From Macrostomum lignano (Eukaryota), in NCBI GenBank assembly GCA_002269645.1, contig NIVC01001558.1:204374-268373 (forward strand): a stretch of DNA of 64,000 nt. The letters run 5' to 3'. The position numbers were made by a program, and so were the translations under genes. Position 1 is the first letter of the stretch, and each line of letters opens with the position of its first letter. Positions 18,449-29,558 of the stretch are shown piece after piece. The notes under the pieces are model-generated. The model worked only from the letters and a program-made list of their open reading frames with translations. It searched no databases and was not told where the DNA came from.

Positions 18449-20859
18449 CGCTCGTATTATCGATTCGACGCTAAACGGACGGCACCGGGTCGCAGCTTCT
18501 CCGACGCCTTTTACGGTACAATCAAGCGCGACTGATGCAGCCTTCTGTCCTTCTGGGTCTGCGATGACTGCGGATGGCCAGGCATGAGACTACACTGCCC
18601 TGAGTCGCTGGCGCGGCAAGTAATGCGCAGCAATGAACAAGGACGGACGGCTCGCTATGTTGACCAACTACTGACGGACGCTTAATGGAACCAAATAGAA
18701 TAGAAACGTATTCCATTAACCTCAATATTGTGAGACCATCTGACTTTCAAGAAGTACATGTAGTTTCCGAAAATTGATTACCAAAAAACTAAAGTCAAAC
18801 GATTTGTTACTTACCGTTGTCACAGGTGAATTCACCAACGGCTTAGTTGATCAGTTGTGAATGCACAAACTTCCTTCGATTAACGATTGAAAGCTTTTTC
18901 GTGAACTTTCGTTTCGCTAATTATTTTGCATGGGAGTAAAGTTTCATTCTTTCGATTGGTCCTCTCTTGTGGAAGCTTCTTTGAAACTCTGACAAACTAA
19001 TAATGAAATACGCTGACCAACCACTTGCACCCGACCCAACGCTGGTAGAGAGCACAATATAAATGGGCACAATATAGATTAAGCTCAATTAAACAAATAC
19101 ATATAAAACAGATATGCATGTCAAAGCAGAGAGGGGCTGAATTTTACCTGAATGAGGCGCCTGAAACACCTTGAAACCCTACTACAGGCAAGAAACGTGC
19201 AGGAAAACTTTATCGCGTAACTGATCGGAGTATAATGCAACTCCAACCCCGTTCTGCAGTCTGCATGTACATACACATGTGTTTTACGGTTTTTTTCTTC
19301 GCTCAAATCTTCTACGTTGGTTTAGCCGAGTCAGACAGCTACACAGAAACCGGCCGGTTCTACAGCAGTAAATAGTAACCGCTGCGCACGCTTTTAGATA
19401 ATGTATAGTCCAAGCGAACAGTCTGTGTGCTGGTTATGCACTGTCACGTGTCTGCTTCAATTAAGCGTCACATAGTTTGAGCCGCCTACAATATTCGTGC
19501 ATTCACTTTGAACAATGCTTTAATTTACTGAGCAATTGGTTTCCCGTGATTCGACAGGGAATGTAAATTCAACATAAATTATACTTACTGCTTTCGCTTT
19601 GTTCATGTGGCCTGCGCAACCGGTTTTGCGACTAGCAAGTTTGAGGGGTTCGTCAAGCTCTAGCAAAAATCTGAATGAACTTCTTCTCTCTTACACATTT
19701 ATTCCTGCAGAGCGAAATCTTTGTAACGCGATTTAATGGCTATGAGTCTGGCCAAATACATGTAGATTTGTATATTTTGTTGCTAACATTTGCTAACGCT
19801 GAGACCATGCTCGTATACTTAATTAGATCAGGAGTTATGAGCTCCATGTACAAGGTAGTCTAAGCGCCAAAAAATTGAATTTTCGCGCCAATAATCGACA
19901 AGACAGATAAAACACCCCAGCTTCCAGAAATCAAGGACTATTAGAAGTTACCGTCGCATACAACGCTATACAAACTATTGCTTTTGAGAAAGAAATTGAA
20001 TAGCCTCAGAGCAGGATCTAGAGAAGATTTTCTCGCCGATGCCTCTCTTAACGGTTTTAATAATTACATGTACGCTCTCATCTATACCAGGCCATGAGTA
20101 GTAGTTATTGACTGGCGTAAATACGCTCGTATGAATTCGAGTACATGGAATATAGATTTTTACAGAATGGTTACACCAATGCAGAGCTTTTACTCCGCTA
20201 AAACTTTCCTAAAATGCTCAGATGGACAATCGACCGAGTCGACGACTGTGCGACTACTAAGCTACTAACCCAAACCTATGGACTAAGACACCGCCAACCA
20301 AAAAAGTGGAATCAGGGACGGTGCTAGGACCGAGTTCACCCACAATTGCCACCACCCAGCGGACAGGTCCCGGGAGTGCGCGAAAAAAGAATTGGAAAAT
20401 GTTTGGGTTACTACTGAAAAGCGGTCCGAGAGCAGGGGAGACCCAGAAGTCTCGGAAATGGCTTAATTTTGGAGCGAGTCTGGAAGGCTTGTTTCCGAGG
20501 GCGAGACTCCTATCAGGCCACCAGAAAATCTATAGGGCTGCAAGCCACAAGGGTGTCACCTACACAGCTCTATATTGGAGGCCAGGCCAAGGGGTCGGAA
20601 AGGGGCACAAGGAGCAAGAGGACACGGACTCAGCCGGTATATAAGATTTATCAGCCGGCACAATGCTTTTTTACTGCAGATTTTGTCTGCATTGCCTTCC
20701 CAATGCTTATTACATGTAATAAATCTTAGTAAAGAGATATACACGATCAAAACTTTTTGATAGTAACTGCATATCAAATGCATCTTATTTTTTTTGGGGG
20801 GGGGGCTGGGCAATACAGACAGAATCTAGCTGCCAAATGCTGTGTAGGCGCTGCAGTAA

Positions 20860-21050
20860 AAAAGCATTGCGGGCAAACCTCGGAGGGAAAAAACTCCGCG
20901 GGCAATCCACTCGCGGGCAATCCACTCGCGGGTAAATTGCACTGCGGGAAAATCTCCACGGGCAATTCGCTCACGGGCAAAATGCACTGCGGGCAAATCT
21001 CCTGCGCAAATCTCGGCGGGCAATTCGTCTGCGGGCATTTCTCGTGCTCC
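20860..21050. repeat. ~15-bp GCGGGCAA subrepeat array ending ...GTGCTCC (probable single end of a DNA transposon)
   Basis: About 10 degenerate copies visible; no partner end found. Confidence 0.55.
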
Positions 21051-21161
21051 CAGATACATGTACAATCAAGCTGGGATGTCAACTAGCTTACGCGATGTTA
21101 TATGTATAAGCCCAAATTATAGCCTGGACCAAACGGGCTGGTATTCGATTACTATAATTTT

Positions 21162-21495
21162 GGGGTCGCTTCACAAGCCCGAAATTTCACAACCTCGAAA
21201 ACCATTTTAGCAGCAAGTGTCTCTTGAAGATAAACTTGATGAGTGTGAACAGCTGGCCCTGGACTGTGCTCAGCTGCCTGCTAAAATTTTTGAGGTTGTG
21301 AAATTTCGAGCTTGTGAAGTCGCTTGCTAAAATTTTCGAGGATATGAAATTTCGAGCTTATGAAGTTTCGGGTTTGTGAAAGTGGGCTGCTAGAATGGTT
21401 TTCGAGGTTGTGAAATTTCGAGGTTGTGAAATTTCGAGCTTATGAAAGTAACTGGTTTCGAGGTTGTGAAATTTCGAGCTTGTGAAAGCAACCCC
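21162..21495. mobile_element. Fold-back DNA element with GG...CC termini and internal AAATTTCGAG(G/C)TTGTG repeats
   Basis: Left GGGGTCGCTTCACAAGCCCGAAATTTCACAACCTCG is the inverse of right CGAGGTTGTGAAATTTCGAGCTTGTGAAAGCAACCCC. Flanks TAATTTT/TAATGTT look like a degenerate TSD. Confidence 0.65.
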
Positions 21496-23171
21496 TAATG
21501 TTCTGGACTCAGACAAGTAGACGAGTACTAAGAAACGCCAAGACATCCCATCCAACACTAAAAGAAACAACGAATTGGTTTTTTAACGAATAGAGTTATA
21601 CTAAGACGCTGGCAGATTTATACTAAGACGCTACCAGGCCTATACCAATTACCAATTAACATTACCAGTAACAATTATAACATCCAAGAATATTCCTAAA
21701 TAGTGAAAAGCAGGCATAAAATAGCCACGGTTACAACATTATACAGTGGAATTGAAGAAAAACCCAAGTTCAAATTTGGTGTCAGCAGTGTGATCTTTGT
21801 TATAAGACAGAACGATAACACTAGTACCACGGTGGGTTTACCGTCAACTCGTCCTGAGCATTTTCGCCCAGGTCCCTTCGTTTCATGTTTTAATACGAGG
21901 TAATATAACACAAAGGCAAAATACTTTATCCAAAAGTTAAATTGTAATATTTTTATGTCAAACAAGTCTTACTTGCTGCATGTATTTATTTTTTTGTTTT
22001 AAAGCTTAGAAAATTTTAAATTGCATTTTTCTTAAAAACATCAGTTGACCTCTTTCCTGGAAAAGAGGAGTACCAATATGCAGCTTGTTTTTAATTCAGT
22101 ACATACTATTGACTACTCTACATTACATAACGTATTTTTTTAGATCTAAGAACCAAGGGGTCTAGCAGTTCAACTTTAGAGTTTTCATTTCTTTATTATC
22201 AAAAACTACAAGTATCAGTTTTGTGTTGTAATTGTTACTAGCAAATTACGGTGGTTAGTGTGGTTATCTAGAAAGTTACTCTAGGCCTAGTCTTAGCATT
22301 TAGTGATTCCACGACAGGTTTCTTAAACATACCTTTGCCGCCTTGAATATATTACTATAATTTTTATTCTCCATTGTGGTACAATATACAATTCAAGTTA
22401 TAGTATACTCTAGCAGTGTCAGTGTGGGTCTGTAATTCTTAAGATTTATACTATACTGTAACTAATTTCGATAATGTTATGCATGAATCACAATGTGCTC
22501 AAATTACAGTGAGGTAGCCTATACTGCAAACATTTTCTATGAACACATTGTAGCATTCTGATTATTTTGCTCTTAAGTATGCATTTGAAGTTTTCTACCT
22601 TGTCAAGTCCTTGTTTATATACTTTGAATTTGCCCTCTAATCAGTCAAATTAATTGAAGCTCATTTTGAACAATGGTTGAGTTAAAAATGGTTTTAGGAA
22701 TAAATTTTGTATAGGGCCTAGTTTAATCAAAAAAATTGTACTAACTATATTGCTTTAAGAATAATATGCATGCCCAATACCTGGCAAAAAGTCTAGCCAT
22801 GCTATAGTCTAGATTATGCTGGGTGCATCGTGCATGCAAAAAATTGAATAGGCCTAGTTGCAAATGCATACCAAAAAAATTTAGTGCATGCCCATTCTCA
22901 AAAATATGCTGGTGTTGCGACAATAAATGACCTTTTTACATTGTGACAATAAATGACCTTTTTAAGTTGCATAGAATAGACCCTTATTAGCAGATAATTT
23001 GGTTGATTTTTATGCTTTTTTGGCCATACTATTTACAACAAAAAATTGATACATGCAAAGATTTGTTTAAAAGCTTTTTACAAGCTTGAAAAACTAGAAA
23101 GCTTGAAATTTATATATAAAAATTAACTTTTTTCATTTTTACTTCGCAATAACTATTACATGTGATTCTAT

Positions 23172-23828
23172 GGATTACAGTCATTTTGGTGACAAGACGT
23201 TTCAGTGACAGTCCTTTCGGTGACAAGCAAAAGTCATTTCGGTGACAAGAAAAATACAATTTTAGTTATAGCCATTCTGTTTTTAAACAGAAAATTACTT
23301 AGAAAATCTCAAGGGATATTGAGCCTAAAATTTTATATTTTTTTAAACAGTTAAATATTTCTCTATTTAATTTTGTTTATTTACAATTATAGAGTTGCGG
23401 TCTTTTGAATTATGTTTTCCAATTTAAACATGCAAAAGCGTCAACGAGTGAATATCTCTGCCTTTCTCGTGGTCTGCATTTCATGAGGATTCTCTCTAGG
23501 TTTATGGTTTATGTGTGTGAACACTCTGGGACAATTCAAAATGATCTGCACAGGAAGAAAACAATATAATTAGTTTGCTTTCTTTTTTTAAATATATTCT
23601 TTTGATGAAAATTTTTAAATACATTTTGAAACATAAATATTAACAAAATAACTACAACCGAATATTATGAAACGCCTCTTATCACTAAAATAACAATACT
23701 CATGAAATCTTTGATTTTTCATTGAAAATGAAGCGTGTCTATCACAATTGCAACTTGTCACCAAAACGACTATTTGTCACCAAAACGTCTGTCACCGAAA
23801 TGTCTTGTCACCGAAACGACTGGTACCC
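23172..23828. mobile_element. Merlin-like non-autonomous DNA element
   Basis: Perfect 8-bp TSD GATTCTAT (23164-23171, 23829-23836), GG...CC ends, and ~75-bp imperfect TIRs built of GGTGACA subrepeats. Confidence 0.75.
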
Positions 23829-24249
23829 GATTCTATAAAGTGCATGCCAGGTGTGCATGCATACTTTTTTCTTAGGAGTGATGCATGCCAATTGTGCACA
23901 CCTAATTTGGACATGCAAGACCAATGCATCCCCAAATTTTTGGGCATATACTATATGGTCTAGAGTGTTATAGCCATGGCATAGTAAATCATAAAAATGC
24001 AACCCAAAAATAGATAAAAAAAGAGAAAAAAAGAAAAATGGCAAGAGAAAAAATAAAAAAAGTAGAAAAAAAGAAAATGAATAAAAAAATGGAAAAAGTA
24101 AAATCTAATACCATATTGCAGCCAAAGGCAACTAAGTTTCAATTTTTTTTAAAAACTAAGTTGTTTCAGCTAGGTGAAATTTTTAAGTTAGGAATATGTT
24201 CTTAAGAATCTCTATATCTATCAATTAAAACTTTTTAGTTTAGTTTTAT

Positions 24250-27200
24250 TGCAACTTTTTTTATTGTAGAATGTAACATATTAAAATGTATTGTTTTACA
24301 CAATACAATGTTAAAAATTGAAAGTGCAAGCTTTAAATCTCAAGGAATTATAATCATGTCAAATATAGCTTACCTAGCAAAATGTATACAAAAGCATATT
24401 CTTTATAGCAAATGGTTGCTAATATATATCAATTAAGCCATATATTGTCTAAATAGGAGCTTTTTAGGTCTTTGTTATCAGTGAATACATGTGAGTAGCA
24501 TCTTGGATACCTGGCATGCATTATACCATGTTAGAAAACTTGATTAGATTCATTAGATTACTTGAGTCTATAGATATAATCAGGGCTCTTTATTTATCAA
24601 AAGGTGATATGCAAATTTGGAGATTTCATATTAACTATTTTCTAAAAATTAAGTACTTTCTCAATAAATTCAGCTTGATCTATCATTAACTTAGAGTGCT
24701 ATAACAATCTTACTAAAAGCATCTAGCACAATATTCATCTTCTATTATTCTAATGCAGATAGGTTATATGCCATTAGAATGAAAATAGTAGGGTGTACAA
24801 TATTTCCATGCAAGGTCTCAAGTTCAAACAAAGCTGCTCTATATGGCAATTAGAGTCAACTTAGATAGACCACTAGATTCTGGCATAAACTAGAACTCTT
24901 TATGTCCTTGCATAATCCAATTATTTCTTATATTATTTAAAATGTATATACTTCGGCATCTGAATAATCATGCAACTCAATAAATAAAACAAGAACTAGT
25001 GATTCAATGACAGCGAAACCGCATCAGTCTGTAACATAGCATCCCCCAGTACCGATGACAGCATTGCAGTATTCCAGAAGCTTATGCACTTCGGCGGCTA
25101 GGGAACTTTTGTCCAGGCTCTTTGCCTGGTGCAACGTGGCTGCTTCAACCTCGGAATGGTCAGCAAACTGTCTGTGGCACAGGTTGTTCTTCATCCAGCT
25201 GAACAGGAAGCGATCGCACAAGTTGAGGTCTGGACTGTATGGACTTTAAAACAGTGTTCGGATGCTCCTCTTTTCAAAGTTAGTCCCATACAGTCCTGCT
25301 TGCATGCGGTTGGGCATTGTCTCCACTGCCACAGAACTTTGTGTAGGTAAATCGGCTTCGAATGCAAGCAGCGCCACAAATTGCTGGTTTGTTTCAAAAA
25401 TTGGATGATGCGCTCACCATCAACTGTCTCGTGCAGGGCTGTGGCAGAGATAAAAAATCGCTTGTTCAGAGTGAACCCCACAAGCAGCATTGTTTTGCGA
25501 GCGCTGATCTGCTGTTGCACAACCTTAGGACAGTGATCACCACTTGCCATTGCCAACCAGCAGCGATTCTTCTGCTTTGGCACCTGGCCATGGAATGGCA
25601 TCCACGTCTCATCAGCTGTGACCAGTTTGTCCATCATTGCCTGGATTCCCTCCTGATGGAAGATGGAGCAAATTCTGCTTGCACATTGCACACAAGCAGC
25701 CTTTTGCTCTTCACTCAGCTGGTGTGGCACCCAGACGGCCGCTATGTTTCGCAGGCCGAGATCCTGCATGAGGATTTCATGTATGCTCATCTTACCAATT
25801 TCTAACCAGTCAGCCAACTCTCGCACACTTGTCCTGCTGTCCTCCTGCATGAGTTCTCGCACTAGCTCAATCACCTTTGGCATTCTGGTTGTTCTCGCAT
25901 TTCCTCATTTGCTCTCGCTGACATCTGTAGGAGGAACTTGGAACTGCTTGTACCAATGGCAGATTGTTGCTTTATTGGGTGCATCTTCCCCGTGTGCAGC
26001 AAAAAGTTCTCGGTGACAGTCAGCAGCAATGATCTTCAGTTTAAAGCGAGTCAGTGCATAGAATTTAAAATCATTCATTGCTGCCAGCGAAGCTGAGAAG
26101 AAAATTAATCATTATCATTAAGATTTGCGTTGCACTGGGGCTGAGGGTCCCTCGCAAAATTATGCCAATGCTGCTTCTAATGCATGTCTATGGCTGAAAT
26201 AGCATAGTGTGGCAGCTGATGTTTTGTACTTTTATATGCTGCAGCAGTCATTTAAATTTTTGATTGCTTTTTGAGATATATCTCTGCATGATTACCTGGA
26301 CACCCAAAGTAGTACTATAAATCAAAAACAAAGAAATTTATATGTTGGCAAGATTAGCAACTTGCTAAGCCTCATTGGATTGATCCAGAGAATCTAATTA
26401 AAAAAATTAATAGTAGCATCTTTTGATATAATTATTCTTGCATATCAAAATTATCACTATGCTACTGTATTTATAGATAGTTTGGATTAGTTGCAACAGT
26501 TGGCTGTGTAGAAACTGAGGCTATAAGCTATAAATAAGTATAAGATAGGCCACAAAAGCATTTGGTCCTATAAATTTTGACTATAATAGCCAGCATAGTT
26601 TGTACCAACTTGTCTAGGGAATCTTTTGCGAATCCAACTATATATAATCCATTTAGATACAGAGGTGGCTTCATATATATTTTATTAAATATAATTGCAT
26701 AGAAGCATTGTAGTAGTATATATTGCTCTAAATGGGATTGAATAATTTTTTGACAATCATTATCTATGCTAATATTTCCTAGTCTTCTAAGATGCCATTT
26801 CAGTGTAATAGGATAAGGGATACATAAAATGCTTTGGGTAGTACAATAACTGTTGCAACTAGCAAAAAATAATTTAGAAGCTTTTAAAATATCATGGTAT
26901 ATAGCCTATTCTTTTTGATTGAGGGAAACTGAAAGTTGACAAACCAGGAAATATTGGTGAGGATTTCCTTTACATAATTTGCTGCTGGCTTCTAGATAAA
27001 AAATGAATTCATTGGTTGTGTCTAAACCAGCATGTCTAATTTAGTTTTTGATATGACTTGACTATAGATATTATTTTAATTTCATATACAGTTTAAAGTG
27101 TTTTGTTTTATCTATAGACCAAATGAAACTGTGAGACAGGCTTGTGTTTAAAGCTTGCTATGAGAGCTGCAAAAAATAAAAAGAAATAAGAACAAGACCA

Positions 27201-28171
27201 AGAATCTTGGAGCAGTGTAAAGTCAGCTATGATATTAGCACTAATTGAAAACTCCTTGAGCAGATTTAAGTAATCTGAGAATATAACAGTTTTCTATTGC
27301 AATCAGTTGGCTATAATGCTCAAGCCAATATTCAAAGCCCAGAACTTTTGATACACTGATGGGGATATTAAAGCAATATGCATTTATATCAAAAATGTCC
27401 TGAACCACCAAATATGCTTGGATTGTCTAATCTTGAAGATAAGTTTGTTTGAAAAGGGGAAGATGACTATTATAGCTTAATGAGTCTAAAGTGAATTTTT
27501 ATATTCTTAAGATTAGATTAGGAGCCTTTAGAATAAAAGTAGGCTAAGAATTGATTATGTCTGCTTTATTAAATGACTCCAACTCATCTTTAATCTGGCC
27601 ACATTGAATTATATATATACTATGCTGGGTGGCACTCTTTAAATGGCCTACCAAAACACCCCCCTGTGGCCCAAATTATTGGGTTGAATTAGTTGAAAAG
27701 TAAATACCAAAGCTTACAAAGGGTTCAATAAGGCTAAAAATTCTTAAATAAGCTTTATGGCTAACCAAGATATAGTTTAAAAAATACTAGGCAGATGTCT
27801 AGGTTAGGCAAAATGCCTTTAGGTATTTTTTAGGCTAGTGTTTATGATAAATACCCATAAGTTTTGATATATTCTGCAGGAATAGCATATAGGCCAAATA
27901 TATTTACAAATTAATTAAATGAAACTAAAAAGAATTCAGTATCAATTAATTTTATAAAATGGTAGAGCTTAGAGAGTTTTTGACAATAGCAATATATGCT
28001 ACTTATTGTTTCTTTGAAAAACACTTTAGAAATAACTCACATTTAAATTATTGGAAATGGCTTATACCCAAAGCTTATACTCATTAGTTTCTTTGGAAAA
28101 TGTATAAAAAAGCTTTTTTTATCACATTTGTATTTACTATTACATCCTAGGATGCAACAATTTCTTGTCAT
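24250..28171 (-). pseudogene. Decayed THAP-domain P-element-superfamily transposase, interrupted by a mariner
   Basis: THAP start MTRNCCILGC..FIHFPK at 28171. Stop-riddled segments include FNKIYMKP..IVGFAKD (DEIYxKP-like), GPNAFVAYL, LFLIYSTIYILNNIRNNW (HLLKNIRNNW-like) and YNLSALE**KMNIVLDAF. The left boundary is approximate. Confidence 0.7.
24951..26309 (-). mobile_element. Tc1/mariner element (1359 bp) with defective transposase (26078-25024)
   Basis: WVPHQL, TADETW, DNAQPH and PYSPDL motifs. Degenerate ~26-bp TIRs (CTTCGGCATCTGAATAATCATGCA / CTTTGGGTGTCCAGGTAATCATGCA) with TA TSD. Internal stops and frameshifts. Confidence 0.92.
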
Positions 28172-29558
28172 TGTTGCAAACTTTGTATCAAAGATTAAAA
28201 GGTTAGTATTTGCTGTCTTAGTCCAAAGCAAAAAGGTTTCATAATCATAAAATTATTTTGCTTTTAAAAGCTATAAAGCAAAAAAAGTATTAAGCCAAAT
28301 GAGTTCTATGCATGGGATTTCCATCCCCTCTTAAAAAGCCAAACTGGGAATATCCAAATTGGGGATTTTCCATTATTATGCTCATATGGTTCTCGCTTGC
28401 TTGCTTTCCCTTTTATTTATCTATATTTATCTATTCTAAATTGTTAGTGACTTGTGAATATTATTAATGTGTTAATATTTACACTGATTTCCAACAAATA
28501 AATGCAAGTGTAGTGCACCCCATTTTTAAGACAGGCATTGGCAATGGAAATGCAATATAGTTGTAGTTTAAGCCATAAAATGTGGTCTCAAGTTTTTGGC
28601 AAAGCAAAAGTTGCATCTTGTTCCATATTTGGGGTGTCTATTATCTTATTGTTACCATCAATTTTGCAATTTCAATGCTATATACTCATATAACTTGTTT
28701 ATGAGCTATACAAGCAATTCTACATTATTACAATTCATATCATATATTAATGATATCATACATACACAATACCCAATAGATCTAGCCATTTTTCAGCTAG
28801 GAGACAGGATGAGTGACCAAAGAAGTTATATTGCAAAACCAATCAACCAAGCACCAAAGCATTTTAAGGGTATTCAAGCCAAAAGCAATTAAAAACTGAA
28901 TAAAACATGAAAAACATAAAAACATAAAAAGAGGAGAAACCTGCATAAGTGTTTAAAACACTTATGCATTATACACTTATGCAACACTTATACAAATAAA
29001 AAGAGGTACAATTAATAGCTAAAGCTAAAGTGAGAAGATTTAAATTGCATACAAAGCAAAGCTATATAGCAAAAAAGGCTCTCTAGATGGAAAAATAACA
29101 TTTTATAAATAAACTGTTTCACTCAATATAGTAAGATCAAGTTTACAGTGTTGCAAATGTACATGATATCTGACATGGTATGATATACATGTAATCGATT
29201 TTACAATTCCGAGTTTTGTTGATTGTTTCAAATAATTTTTTTCACAGTTCTTAAAGTTCTTATTTTCGAAAAGAGATACACAAACTCCTGAATGTTTTTA
29301 AATTTTATTTACTATTCATTTATAAATCTCTCCTTCACAGTAAAGTGTAAACAAGCTTCGCATTTGACTATGGGTGGTCATAAAATGGTTTTAGTTTTAA
29401 TCGCTTTTGAGAATCTTTCTTTGCATTCTCATAAAACAATATATTGTAATAAAAATTCTGGTTACATTTTTACATTCTTACAGCTTTTATCTGGGCTGAA
29501 CTTGTCTCTGCAGATTCCCTAGCAGCATTTATTATCGCAAGCCAAGGACCAGTAGAAC

